This document shows, piece after piece, positions 20,386 through 30,232 of a stretch of DNA of 64,000 nucleotides; the stretch's first letter is position 1; each line of letters opens with the position of its first letter. Position numbers and translations under genes: made by a program. Under the pieces are notes generated by a model. The model saw only the letters and a program-made list of their open reading frames with translations, was not told the origin of the DNA and searched no databases. This DNA comes from Candidatus Hydrogenedentota bacterium (lineage in GTDB: Bacteria > Hydrogenedentota > Hydrogenedentia > Hydrogenedentales > SLHB01), in assembly GCA_963674865.2 (NCBI GenBank), contig CAXXYE010000009.1, positions 1,120,001 to 1,184,000 of the forward strand, in the 5' to 3' direction.

Positions 20386-20418
20386 AAGACGGAGCATTTT
20401 GCTCCGTCTTCTTTATTT
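20386..20418 (+). terminator. Intrinsic terminator
   Basis: Stem AAGACGGAGCA / TGCTCCGTCTT followed by CTTTATTT, between convergent genes. Confidence 0.75.
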
Positions 20419-20478
20419 GTGCACGTCTCCATTTGCTGTGATGGCAGGCAGGCATTGCCGTAGTATCTGGCTGTTGCC

Positions 20479-21354
20479 TCAGGGGCCGGCTTGGTCCTGG
20501 TACATTTGCCAGAAGAGTATCCACGGGTCGAGCATTACAGTCTCGCCTTCATCGTGGATCTTGAAGACGAAGTGGCTGTGGTCAGCGGCGCCGGACAAGA
20601 CTCCCGCGCCGTGGGCGAATTGCCGGCCCTTCGGAATGAGCTCGTGTTCGGATACGGTAAGCGCCGTCATGTGGTGGGCCTGAAGAATCCATTCCGAGCC
20701 GTTTTCCCAGCGATGGATGCCGCGCCACCGGTTGTTGTTGTGGCCCATGTCGAGGCTGTTGAAGTAGAAGTGGTCGTGGATGTCCAGGGGCGCCCATAGC
20801 GGAGTGCCCTGGGGGTGGTTGATATCAAGCCCGCCGTGGGCTGAGGCCCCGTTGTATGCCCCCAGCCAGCAGTCCTCGCCCCGGTAGCACTCCTCGATTC
20901 GCAAGCCGCCTTCCGGAAGGGGACACCACGGGTGAAGGAGCTCCGGACAGATGCGGGCGGATGTCTCCTGAATGCCGAAGCGGGCGTGTCTGCTGGGCCG
21001 GCAGGCGCCGTGAGCCTCTTCGAGGAACTCGAAGATGTCCTCCACGGCGTCAAACCAGATGCGGACTCCGCCGATTGTCCACGGCGCGTAGAAGCTCCGC
21101 TGCGTGGACACTTCCCGCTCGAGGCAGTGCTCCTCGCCGTCGATTCGCAGACGGCACTCGAATTGGTAGTCGGTGCGCGCGCCGGACTCCTCGACCTTCA
21201 ACTCGCGGAGGGTGGTTCGTGAAATGGTCGCGCTCGTCGCAATCAACAGGATCTCCACTGTCTCGCCGGAGGTGAGGGTGAACTGGAGAACATCGCCGCA
21301 ATTCATCTCAACGGCGGTGAGTGTGTCTTTGGCTCGTTTCCGTATGATAGGCAT
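20479..21354 (-). CDS. Hypothetical protein with a C-terminal M23-peptidase-like domain
   Basis: HGGLDINHPQGTPLWAP, AHH, DHSHFVF and LDPW match M23 HxxxD / HxH motifs. No signal peptide. Confidence 0.55.
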   Translation of the reverse strand: MPIIRKRAKDTLTAVEMNCGDVLQFTLTSGETVEILLIATSATISRTTLRELKVEESGARTDYQFECRLRIDGEEHCLEREVSTQRSFYAPWTIGGVRIWFDAVEDIFEFLEEAHGACRPSRHARFGIQETSARICPELLHPWCPLPEGGLRIEECYRGEDCWLGAYNGASAHGGLDINHPQGTPLWAPLDIHDHFYFNSLDMGHNNNRWRGIHRWENGSEWILQAHHMTALTVSEHELIPKGRQFAHGAGVLSGAADHSHFVFKIHDEGETVMLDPWILFWQMYQDQAGP

Positions 21355-21376
21355 GGCTGAACTTGGGGCGCCTTTC

Positions 21377-21733
21377 TCACTTCTTGATGGCCTGCCGCCC
21401 ACTCTCGGCCATCTTCGCAGCATGTTCCGAAATCCCAAGAGCGCGGATCTGCCGGATGCACGCGGCGCGGTCGGAGCGCAGGAGCAGGCTGAAAAGTTTG
21501 GCGATTATCGTGTTAAACTTCGCGCAGTCACTGGCGTCATCGAACTCAGTGCAGTCGGCACAAGAGAAGAACCGACTCTCCACGCAGCAGGTTCTGACTT
21601 TGCACCAACTCGCGCGGCTGTTCTGATGGCAACCTGGGCACTTGCCTTTCAGGTAAGCTCTGCAAGCGCCGCAGTACAGTCCGCAGTACGCGACCAACGT
21701 GTCGTCCGGCGCGATCCCTTTCCTTGGTGCCAA
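21377..21733 (-). CDS. Cys-rich metal-binding protein (DUF3795-like)
   Basis: YCGLYCGAC, CPGC, CKVRTCC, CADC..F...C. Confidence 0.75.
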   Translation of the reverse strand: MAPRKGIAPDDTLVAYCGLYCGACRAYLKGKCPGCHQNSRASWCKVRTCCVESRFFSCADCTEFDDASDCAKFNTIIAKLFSLLLRSDRAACIRQIRALGISEHAAKMAESGRQAIKK

Positions 21734-21969
21734 ACGATCACCTCCTTCGCCAATGGGCGGTTCCGCGTGCGCTCGCCGGATAGGACTAGCGTGCGTTGAG
21801 CATAGTCGTCCGGACCTCTCCGTACAAGCAGGTGTGCGCTCGCCGGCTCCAAGAGAAAGGGCGATGGCGGCCTCGTCCGAGTTACATCACCAGGGACATA
21901 TTCTATATAGTGCACATATACCGGGGTCACAAGCGTGCAACGCAGAACGGCGCAGGGAGGCCGAACTTT

Positions 21970-23189
21970 ATGGGGCAGTTTACGTACGCCGCGGTACGCG
22001 AGCCGGATACGGTGATTGAGGGGGAGATAGAGGCGGAAGACACGTGCGCTGCCGCCGCAGCCTTGGTGGGCCGGGGCTATCATGTGTTGCACATCGCCAG
22101 CGCGGAGGATGGCTCTCGCGGAGGTCTTTCCATCGGTTACCGAGTTCTGGGCGGACTCAGGCGACGCGACCTCACTCGCTTCATGCGAGATCTTGCTGGG
22201 CTGCGGCGCGCCGGGTTGTCGCTGGCCGTGGCGCTCGAAAAAATGGCGTCGCGTAAAGAGCTGGGGACTTGGCGTTCGCTGACCACCGGATTGCGGGCTC
22301 GCCTGGAGGATGGCTACACGTTCTCGCAGGCGCTGGCTGAATTCCCGCGCGTCTTCAATCCGATGTAGGAGAATCTGGCACAGGCGAGTGAGACGGGTGG
22401 GCGGTTGTCCGAGTCGCTGCGGCGCCTCGCGGACCTCGGAGAAAAGCGGGATGAATTCCGTTCGCGGGTCGGTATGGCCATGATCTATCCGGCGGCTATG
22501 CTGCTCGTGGGGCTAGTGACGGTCGGCGTTCTCGTATCGTTTGTTGTGCCAACGTTTGTGCGGGTCTTCGAGGAAACGGGCCAGATACTTCCGCTTCCAA
22601 CGCGACTCCTTGTCACGTTGAGTAGGTCTATGAGTTCGTGGTGGTGGTTGGTGTTATGTCTCCTCGCGGGCATGGGTTTTGCCGTGTGGCAATACGCTCG
22701 AACATCCTCGGGAAAGCTCGCACTGGACGGCGCGATTCTGAAGACGCCGCTGCTTGCGCGACTTGCGCGAAAAGGGCAAGTCGCCGCCTTTACACGGATT
22801 CTTGCCAATCTGCTGGAGAGTGCCTCCCGGCCGTACAAGCGCTGCAGATCACTGCGGACACACTTGAGAACGAGGTGTTTGCCGGTGCTGTGCGCTCAAT
22901 GGCGGCCTCAGTCCGTGACGGCGCTTCACTGAGTCACGCGGTGGGAGCGAGCGAGGCATTCCCCGGGATTGTGACGGGGGCGGTGTCGGTTGGGGAGGAG
23001 AGCGGGGACCTGAGCCGCGTGTTGCACGAGGTGGCCGAGGAAAACGAACGGGATCTGGATCGCGAGATCAAAGCAGTCATGACGCTGCTAGAGCCGCTGC
23101 TGGTGATTGTTGTCGGGGCCATGGTTGGCTTCATCGTTATGGCCATGGTCCTGCCGATTTGTGATCTTGGGAATACGCTCCAGGTATAG
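21970..23189 (+). pseudogene. Disrupted GspF/PilC (type II secretion F family) gene
   Basis: RBS AGGGAGG + ATG. Two GspF repeats are recognisable. In-frame TAG at 22366-22368 (FNPM*ENL) and a 1-bp deletion near 22822 (LLES|GLPAVQAL). Confidence 0.85.
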
Positions 23190-23374
23190 TCCGCTTTCCA
23201 ATCAGGGCGAACACACTTAACGGTAGATGGCCGCCTTTCGTCATCAAGCCCATTCACGGTTCACGCAATCGTGGGGCGTTCCAGGGAGGGGAGAGAATAG
23301 GCAGAAAAAGACACGCCCACGAGATGTCCCGCGAGCGTGTCCGCAACTACTCTCTAGATATCAGAAGCGCCGTA

Positions 23375-23488
23375 TCATTCCTCGACCTTCTCGAAGGCCC
23401 CGGCCTTTGTGTGGCAAACGGGACATTCGTCAGGCTCAACCTCCGCTTCAACGACGTACCCACAAACGGGGCACCGCCACATTGTCAC
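23375..23488 (-). CDS. Rubredoxin-like microprotein (37 aa), below the ORF-track cutoff
   Basis: GTG preceded by GAGGTG. MTMWRCPVCGYVVEAEVEPDECPVCHTKAGAFEKVEE has two CPVC knuckles. Confidence 0.8.
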   Translation of the reverse strand: MTMWRCPVCGYVVEAEVEPDECPVCHTKAGAFEKVEE

Positions 23489-23631
23489 TTCAGCACACCT
23501 CTTCATGGAGGGCGTTGCCCTGCTTGTGGGTCGTGGCCGAACCATAATCCACATCTGTTGCTCCAGATCTAGGCGGAGCGAACATCATGTCCGAAGCCGT
23601 CATCTTCGAGAGAAGTGGCGCCCCTAATGAT

Positions 23632-23970
23632 CTACTTCTTCTTGGCGGTCTTCTTCTTGGCCGCAGTTTTCTTCTTGGCTGCGGTCTTTTTCTTGGCGAC
23701 CTTCTTCTTGGCGACCTTCTTCTTGGCGACTTTCTTCTTGGCCGCAGGTTTCTTCTTGGCCGCGACTTTCTTCTTGGCGACCTTTTTCTTGGCGACTTTT
23801 TTCTTGGCCGCAGGTTTCTTCTTGGCTGCGACTTTCTTCTTGGCGACCTTCTTCTTGGCCGCAGGTTTCTTCTTGGCCGCGACTTTCTTCTTGGCAACCT
23901 TCTTCTTGGCTGCAGGTTTCTTCTTGGCCGCGGTCTTTTTCTTGGCGGGTTTCTTCTTCGCGGGTGCCAT
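23632..23970 (-). CDS. Histone H1-like / Hc2-like Lys-Ala repeat protein
   Basis: Strong RBS AAGGAGG. 112 aa = MA plus 20 units of [PVT]A(A)KKK. Confidence 0.85.
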   Translation of the reverse strand: MAPAKKKPAKKKTAAKKKPAAKKKVAKKKVAAKKKPAAKKKVAKKKVAAKKKPAAKKKVAKKKVAKKKVAAKKKPAAKKKVAKKKVAKKKVAKKKTAAKKKTAAKKKTAKKK

Positions 23971-24697
23971 GGTTTCCCTCCTTCTCTAACACCTCACTCG
24001 TGACAACAAGCCACATGGGCTCGCCGCGACAGACTCCTTGTCGCAGCTTACCTCAACACACCTCCCACACCCTTGGTATGGGCGGCGACGGTATCAGGCC
24101 TTGGCCCGGTATCGCCCTTTACAGCCTTGTGTTGACTCCCCGCATGCAGCCCTTTGGAAACGCCATGGCGTCTGTGCCGTCGTCTCCGCGTGAGGCGAAG
24201 CCCCCAAATTCGCATGGTCGCTTAGTGAATATGCCCCCGTGATGTCAGGCAACGTTTGCTGCGAACGTAGACGCTGAACACCACAAAGAGGATCTCCCTC
24301 CCATTTGATCGCGGCTTGCTGTCTTTGAGACGTTGGCAGGCTCGGCTTGCGCTACCGGCGTGTCCCGTCTACTCGCTTTACAAGCGCACCGCAACGGCGC
24401 GGAACTGCAACGACTCTTCTCGCGAACGAGCTGCATCACCGCAGTTGGTGCGACGCATGATGGTTAGGCCATCCTCAACTCCATATATTCAACTTTTTCT
24501 TATATGATGTGTAGCAAACAGATCCGAAAATAGCAAGTACTTTTTTTAGCTTCTTTCGTGATTCGCACTTTGCTCGAAACACGTATCCCACTGAGGATTG
24601 GTATATGGTGGGCTTGTTGAGGCCGGCTTCCATTTCCGCTACGATTCATCCATGATGCGTGCTTGTGGCTCTTCTGCGAGAATAGAGGGATAGGCTC

Positions 24698-25024
24698 ATG
24701 GTCGAAAATGTTCCGGCGTTCTTTGAAGATCTGCCCGCCCGTCTTTCTCCAGATGCGATGATGGGCATGAACGCAACCTACCAATTCGTGATCACCGAAG
24801 AGGGCGGCGGCGAGTGGTATATCGTCTTCAAGGAGGGCAGAGGCGAAATTGTCCAGGGACGCAAGAAGGATGCGGATGTGACGATAACAGCCTCGGCGTC
24901 CAACTGGTTGGATCTGATCAATGGGGGGACAAGCGGCCAGATGAGCCTTGTAACGGGACGGGTGCGGCTCGAAGGCGACGTGACGCTCGCCGTGAAGCTC
25001 CACAGCCTGCTTCAGGTGCGTTAG
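24698..25024 (+). CDS. SCP2 sterol-binding domain protein
   Basis: ATYQFVI..GGEWYI, ADVTI, TGRVRLEGDVTLA. Confidence 0.85.
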   Translation: MVENVPAFFEDLPARLSPDAMMGMNATYQFVITEEGGGEWYIVFKEGRGEIVQGRKKDADVTITASASNWLDLINGGTSGQMSLVTGRVRLEGDVTLAVKLHSLLQVR

Positions 25025-25064
25025 GCGATCCGGCAAGTATGCCTGCCGCGAAGGATATTCTCCA

Positions 25065-25805
25065 GTGATTGGGGAGCGCTCAATCCGACGGCTCTTGGCC
25101 CTGTTGCTGACGCTTTCTCTGCTATCTGCGGCGGCGATGCGCTGCGGCAGAGAGGGCGGCATTGAATCGGCGCCTGTGCCGAGAGCCGTCTCGTCCGAGA
25201 CGGCGGGCGGCGTTGTCGTTGAGGGAAGGTACTATGGCGTGCGCGGCGATGCGCCGCCGGGGATTGTCTGTCTTGCCGACACCGCAGATCCCCCTGGCGA
25301 GTGGGACGCAGTGGCGCAGCGCACACAGCAGGCAGGTATAGCATGCCTGGTTATCGACCTACGTCCATCTCAAGAGCACAAGGGTGGCCGGGGACTGAGG
25401 CCCGATGCGTTCGAGGCCATTGCGGCGGGAGAACGGATGCTGGCCGAGCAGGGGACGGCGCAGGATCGGCTCGGCATCATTGGGGCCGGCCCTGGGGCGT
25501 GCCTGGCGTTGGCATACGCCGCAAATGATGCTGATGTCGCGGCCCTGGTGCTGCTATCGCCTTCGCTGTTGGCGGAGGGAGTGGATGCACAGCAGGAAGT
25601 GGCCGTCTATGGCAGGCGTCCGGTGCTGTTTCTGGCGTGTGAAGGAGACAGCTTCGGCAGCAGGGCAAGCCAAGTTCTCAAGGAGACCGCCGCGGGGCTT
25701 TCGCAATTGCACATCTACCAGGGGACGGCGGCGGGGCTGGACGTATTGACGACTTCACTCAGCGCGACGGAGCAGGCGGTCGCGTGGCTGACGGCGGTGC
25801 TCTAG
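25065..25805 (+). CDS. Exported alpha/beta-hydrolase-fold protein, probably catalytically degenerate
   Basis: LVIDLR, IIGAGPGA at the nucleophile elbow, ALVLLSP, PVLFLA..GD. Confidence 0.65.
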   Translation: MIGERSIRRLLALLLTLSLLSAAAMRCGREGGIESAPVPRAVSSETAGGVVVEGRYYGVRGDAPPGIVCLADTADPPGEWDAVAQRTQQAGIACLVIDLRPSQEHKGGRGLRPDAFEAIAAGERMLAEQGTAQDRLGIIGAGPGACLALAYAANDADVAALVLLSPSLLAEGVDAQQEVAVYGRRPVLFLACEGDSFGSRASQVLKETAAGLSQLHIYQGTAAGLDVLTTSLSATEQAVAWLTAVL

Positions 25806-25994
25806 GCTGCTCGTCGCCGGGGGATGTCCGACTTGTTGCACCTCAAGAGGAAGGGGAAGTCGTCAAGCTCTAGACGGAGGCCGGTTCCTATGCGGGTTGG
25901 CCGTCCCCAGAATCAGTGTGGTACTATGCCAACCGGCGCACGTGCGCTTTCCGCGCGCGACAGACTTCAAGAGATCAAACAGGAGATCCGCCGC

Positions 25995-28900
25995 ATGAAT
26001 CGTATGCTTACTGTTCTTGCCTTACTTGCCGCCATCGGGAGCGCCGCGGCGGCGCAAACCGTCGAGTGGACCTACGACCTGGACGAGGGAGGGAACGCCC
26101 CTACTCTCTATCCTGACGCAGAGCATCCCACAGGTGTTCTCATCAATGCCGTGAGCAATGTGGTGCGGCTTGATGGCCAGGGCAAGGTGCTCTGGGAGTA
26201 TCCCGTTGAGCCGCCTGCCGCGTCCCCTGTCACGGTTGCCGATCTCGACGCGGACGGCTCGTACGAACTCCTGTTTACGACGCAGAACGGCGCCATTCAC
26301 TGCATCACCGACGACGCTCGCCCGCTATGGTCGCACACGTATAACGTTGATGTTGGGGCGTTCAAGAGCGTCGTGGCTGCCGATGTGCATCCGAGCGAGG
26401 GGCTTGAGGTCCTATTTGGCTTCAACGACGGTTGGCTCCATTGTCTCTCGGCGTCCGGCGAGACACTCTGGACGTTCTTCGGAGATCGCTTTCGGGTCGG
26501 CTCGCTTGCCGTGGGCGATGCCGACGCCGACGGCGCGCCTGAGATCGTGTATGGCACGGACAACGGCCACGTCTATTGTCTTAGCGGCTACGGCGAGGCG
26601 GAATGGCGCTTCAATGAACTGGCTCCCTACGGGCGTTCAGGCATCAATCTTGCCGATCTTGATGCTGACGGCGTCCCTGAGGTCGTCTTCACACGAAGCA
26701 ACGTGAATAACAACACCTGCATGGTAGCTATCAGCGGCAAGGACGGCTCGCTCCTTTGGCGTACCAAAGACTTCATGCAAGGATACGTGTCCAATGCCGT
26801 GGTCGATTTCGAGGGAGACGGCCGCCTTGAAGTGCTTCATGGCGATAAAGGAAACAATCTATACGCGGAGAACGCCGACGGCTCCCGTCGGTGGCAGGCT
26901 GCGCTCAATGCCCACGGCTTGTTCTGGGCCCCCGCCGTGGCGGACGTGGACGGCGACGGGCAACTCGAAGCGATAGCAGGGCTGCGGGGCAAGGATCCCG
27001 AGAGCGGGGCATGTGCGTATCTCGTCGGGGCGGACGGCGCCATCAAGGCCAAGTTGGCTCTTGGCGGCGGCGCCAATGCCGGGCCCGCTGTGGGGGATAT
27101 CGACGGTGACGGCGAACTCGAGGTCATCTTCACGCTTCAGAAGCCAGAGCAGGTCAAGTGCGTGACGTGGCACGCGGGCGGGCGTGTGGCATGGCCGTCT
27201 CTGCGCGGCGATTCGTGCATGACTGCCACGAGGCCCAACGTTCCACGGGGCGTCCCCGAACGGGCCGCAATGCGAGAGTCCGGCGGCCAGGATGTGGCTG
27301 TCAGCCATGAGCAGGTCCTGTGGGGCGAGAACCGGTGGCGTCTTTCATGGTCGACGCCGGTACCGGAGAATTCCTTCATCGAAGTCGCCGTTACTGGGAA
27401 AGATGGGCAACGCCGGGCCGCTGTTGTGGATCTGAAGCCGGGCGTCACCGAGGCCGAGGTCCCCTGGCTGTTGACGCAGCCAGGCAAGAGCACCGTCAGC
27501 GTGCGCTTGCTGTCGCCGGGCCATGGGCAGCCGGTGTTCGCCGCGTGGCGCAGCGTGAAGCCTCTGGCACCTGAGTACTGCGGGATAAAGGCGGTCGAGG
27601 CTGCGTGCAAAGATGCCATCATGGCCGGTGAGGCGGCCGATGCCGACACAAGCGGCATTGCAGTGAGACTCACTATGCTTGTCGCCGAACGCACGAAGGT
27701 TGCCCAACTCGCCAAGTCCGGCGCGCCCAATGCGTCCGTAGCCGCCGCGGCCACGGCGCTTCACGAGCAGTCTGGGGACCTCCTGGCCATGGCCGAGGCC
27801 CTTGGCCGTTTTTGGGAAGAGGGCGGCACGGGTGACTTTGTTTTCTGGGAGGATTCCAATCCTTGGGATCGATTCGATCCTACTCATATTCCCGAAACAT
27901 TCGATATGGCGAGTCCCCTTCGGTTCGCTGCCTATAAGAACGAGTTCGAGAATAAGGCGATTACAATCTTCAACACGACTTCGGACGCGATCGACGTGCG
28001 CTGCGTTTTCAAAGAGCCGAGCCTGGGGCAGGGATGGTACGCGGCGGAAGAACCCATGGCGGCGAATGTCACGTTACTTCGACAGGTTCCCGTGCTTGGG
28101 GAGCGCACGGGACGTGTGTTTGACGCGCTTCCTGAACTCGACCTGTCCCGTTCGATCACTATTCCCGCCGGGCAGGCGCGGCAGCTTTGGCTTGTGGCCA
28201 AAACCCACGACCTCGAGCCCGGCACGCACAATCTCACACTGTATCTAGGTCTTCTGGGCAAGCGGGAGCCGGTATTCCGCGAGGTCCCGATCGAAATCGA
28301 GGTATGGCCGATTGCGCTGCCGACGGACGTTTACGCCAAGATGAACTGGACACGCCTGGATCGGGATCGGACCTCGGATCAAGACATCCAGTCGATGATC
28401 GATCATGGGATGTCCGTTGTCTATGGCCCGTCGATGCCGGCTGTGCCGGTTGATGCTCGGGGGCGGCTGGCTGGGAAGGTCGACTGGACGGCGTTCGACG
28501 CCGTTCTCGACCGCGCTCCCAAGCATTGGACCTTCTTGTGGGGCGCGCCGCCGTCTCGCCGATGGCCGAAAGGTGTTAAACCTGACGCGGAAAGCCCCGA
28601 GTACTCCGCGGGTTTCAAGACGGCCTTGGATCAGCTCGTCAAACATATGAAAGCGAAGGGATTCGACTACTACCAATGGGCGTTCTATCCCATCGACGAG
28701 CCGTGGAACACCGGATTCACCCATATCCCCCACTTGAAGCACTTCTGCGAAATGGTGAAGAAGGCTGATCCCAAGGCCCAGGTCTACGCAGATCCCGCAG
28801 GACTTGTGCGTGTCGAGTACCTCGATGAGTTCAAGGATCTGATCGATATCTGGCAGCCCGAGCTTAACACGCTCAAACGCGATCCGAAGCTGGTGGATTG

Positions 28901-29396
28901 GTTCCAGGAGAACGCGGCCCGCTTCTGGTATTACGAGGCCCCCGGCCCGGCCAAGGACTGGGACCCGCTTGCCCATTACCGCGCTTATGGCTGGTTTGCC
29001 GTCAAGTACGGCACCGAAGGCGGCGGCTATTGGGTCTACAAGGCGTGTGACGTGTGGTGGCCCATCGAGAGCACCGATTATTCGGCGGTGTACCAAACCA
29101 ACACCGACGTCGTCACGTCGAGGCGGTGGGAGGCGGATCGGGACGGCATAGAGGACTACCGGGCTGTCCACGTTCTCAAGGATGAGATCGCGAAGGCCCG
29201 CGCTGCAGGCCATGTGGCCGAGGCGGCTCGGGCGGAAGCTCTCATCGATGAAGCGGTGGAGGCGTTGATCGGCTGGCAGTCTCGCAATATTGACGAGATC
29301 ACGCGAGTTACCCGCGACTATGACATGAGTTTCGATCTTCTGATGGACTACCGTCTGAAGATACGAGATGAAATCCTGCGCTTGCGCGGCCTCTAG
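25995..29396 (+). CDS. Secreted FG-GAP/PQQ-like beta-propeller protein with a C-terminal glycoside-hydrolase-like (DUF4091-type) module
   Basis: RBS CAGGAG and signal peptide. Repeated ADLDADG/DVDGDG..E motifs; YPIDEP, DIWQP, SRRWEADRDGIEDY. Confidence 0.7.
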   Translation: MNRMLTVLALLAAIGSAAAAQTVEWTYDLDEGGNAPTLYPDAEHPTGVLINAVSNVVRLDGQGKVLWEYPVEPPAASPVTVADLDADGSYELLFTTQNGAIHCITDDARPLWSHTYNVDVGAFKSVVAADVHPSEGLEVLFGFNDGWLHCLSASGETLWTFFGDRFRVGSLAVGDADADGAPEIVYGTDNGHVYCLSGYGEAEWRFNELAPYGRSGINLADLDADGVPEVVFTRSNVNNNTCMVAISGKDGSLLWRTKDFMQGYVSNAVVDFEGDGRLEVLHGDKGNNLYAENADGSRRWQAALNAHGLFWAPAVADVDGDGQLEAIAGLRGKDPESGACAYLVGADGAIKAKLALGGGANAGPAVGDIDGDGELEVIFTLQKPEQVKCVTWHAGGRVAWPSLRGDSCMTATRPNVPRGVPERAAMRESGGQDVAVSHEQVLWGENRWRLSWSTPVPENSFIEVAVTGKDGQRRAAVVDLKPGVTEAEVPWLLTQPGKSTVSVRLLSPGHGQPVFAAWRSVKPLAPEYCGIKAVEAACKDAIMAGEAADADTSGIAVRLTMLVAERTKVAQLAKSGAPNASVAAAATALHEQSGDLLAMAEALGRFWEEGGTGDFVFWEDSNPWDRFDPTHIPETFDMASPLRFAAYKNEFENKAITIFNTTSDAIDVRCVFKEPSLGQGWYAAEEPMAANVTLLRQVPVLGERTGRVFDALPELDLSRSITIPAGQARQLWLVAKTHDLEPGTHNLTLYLGLLGKREPVFREVPIEIEVWPIALPTDVYAKMNWTRLDRDRTSDQDIQSMIDHGMSVVYGPSMPAVPVDARGRLAGKVDWTAFDAVLDRAPKHWTFLWGAPPSRRWPKGVKPDAESPEYSAGFKTALDQLVKHMKAKGFDYYQWAFYPIDEPWNTGFTHIPHLKHFCEMVKKADPKAQVYADPAGLVRVEYLDEFKDLIDIWQPELNTLKRDPKLVDWFQENAARFWYYEAPGPAKDWDPLAHYRAYGWFAVKYGTEGGGYWVYKACDVWWPIESTDYSAVYQTNTDVVTSRRWEADRDGIEDYRAVHVLKDEIAKARAAGHVAEAARAEALIDEAVEALIGWQSRNIDEITRVTRDYDMSFDLLMDYRLKIRDEILRLRGL

Positions 29397-29438
29397 ACTC
29401 TGGCTGACGAGGCCGCAGGACAACACAAGGAGATATCG

Positions 29439-30230
29439 ATGAAGGTCGGTATTATCACGGCATCTTTGCCGATGGAGACGAAGGCGGCATTGCGCAAGGC
29501 CAAGGAGATTGGCGCCCACGGGGTGCAACTCTACGTTGCTCATACGGATCTGGACCCCCGCAAACTCAGTAAGAGCGGGCGTGATGACTTGATGGCCTAC
29601 ATGGCCTCCCTCGAGCTTGAACGCTCGGCTTTGTGCGGCGATATCGGCGGCTTCGCCGACCCGGCCAAGGTGGATGAGCGCGTCGCCCATACGAAGGAGA
29701 TGTTCGATCTCTGTGTCGACCTCAAGACGCCCATCCTCACCACACACATTGGCATGATCCCCGAAGACAAGGCATCCAATGACTACGCCGATATGCTGGG
29801 GGCGGTCCGCGAGGTGGCGGACTACGCCGCGGCACGCGGTTGCTGCTTTGCAACGGAGACGGGACTTGAGTCCGGCGAAGGCTTGGCGCGGTTCTTGGGT
29901 GAGGTGGCAAGTCCCGGGGCCAAGGTCAACTTCGACCCGGCCAACCTTTGTATGAACGGCTACGATCATCTCGAAGACGCGCGGGCGCTCAGCGACTGGA
30001 TTGTCCACACGCACGCCAAGGACGGCATCTATCGCTCGGCCAAGGAAGGCGGCTACAAGGAAGTCCCGCTCGGCAAAGGCGGGGTCGATTTCCCCAAATA
30101 CCTTCCCGTACTCCGGGAAATCGGCTTCGAAGGCTATCTCACTATCGAGCGCGAGTGCGGGGATGATCCCGTTGCCGATATCGTCGAGGCGATCAAGTTC
30201 CTGAAGGGCCAGGAAGGCGTGGAGCAGTAG
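29439..30230 (+). CDS. Sugar-phosphate isomerase/epimerase family TIM barrel
   Basis: ETG.E, NFDPANL, HTHAKD, VPLGKGGVDF, LTIERE. Confidence 0.88.
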   Translation: MKVGIITASLPMETKAALRKAKEIGAHGVQLYVAHTDLDPRKLSKSGRDDLMAYMASLELERSALCGDIGGFADPAKVDERVAHTKEMFDLCVDLKTPILTTHIGMIPEDKASNDYADMLGAVREVADYAAARGCCFATETGLESGEGLARFLGEVASPGAKVNFDPANLCMNGYDHLEDARALSDWIVHTHAKDGIYRSAKEGGYKEVPLGKGGVDFPKYLPVLREIGFEGYLTIERECGDDPVADIVEAIKFLKGQEGVEQ

Positions 30231-30232
30231 CA

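Noticed and set aside
22366..22368. In-frame TAG as pyrrolysine or stop-codon reassignment
   Set aside because: TAG ends many ordinary genes here, the position is normally Tyr, and a frameshift follows, so decay is the simpler explanation
23632..23970. Regular short DNA repeats resembling an array, and the antisense FFLAA ORF
   Set aside because: No unique spacers and no cas genes; the repeats are codons of the Lys-rich protein, which has the RBS
26232..27130. DxDxDG loops of the 25995 protein as dockerins
   Set aside because: They are followed by E-[ILV] beta-strands and spaced as propeller blades (FG-GAP), not as paired loop-helix repeats
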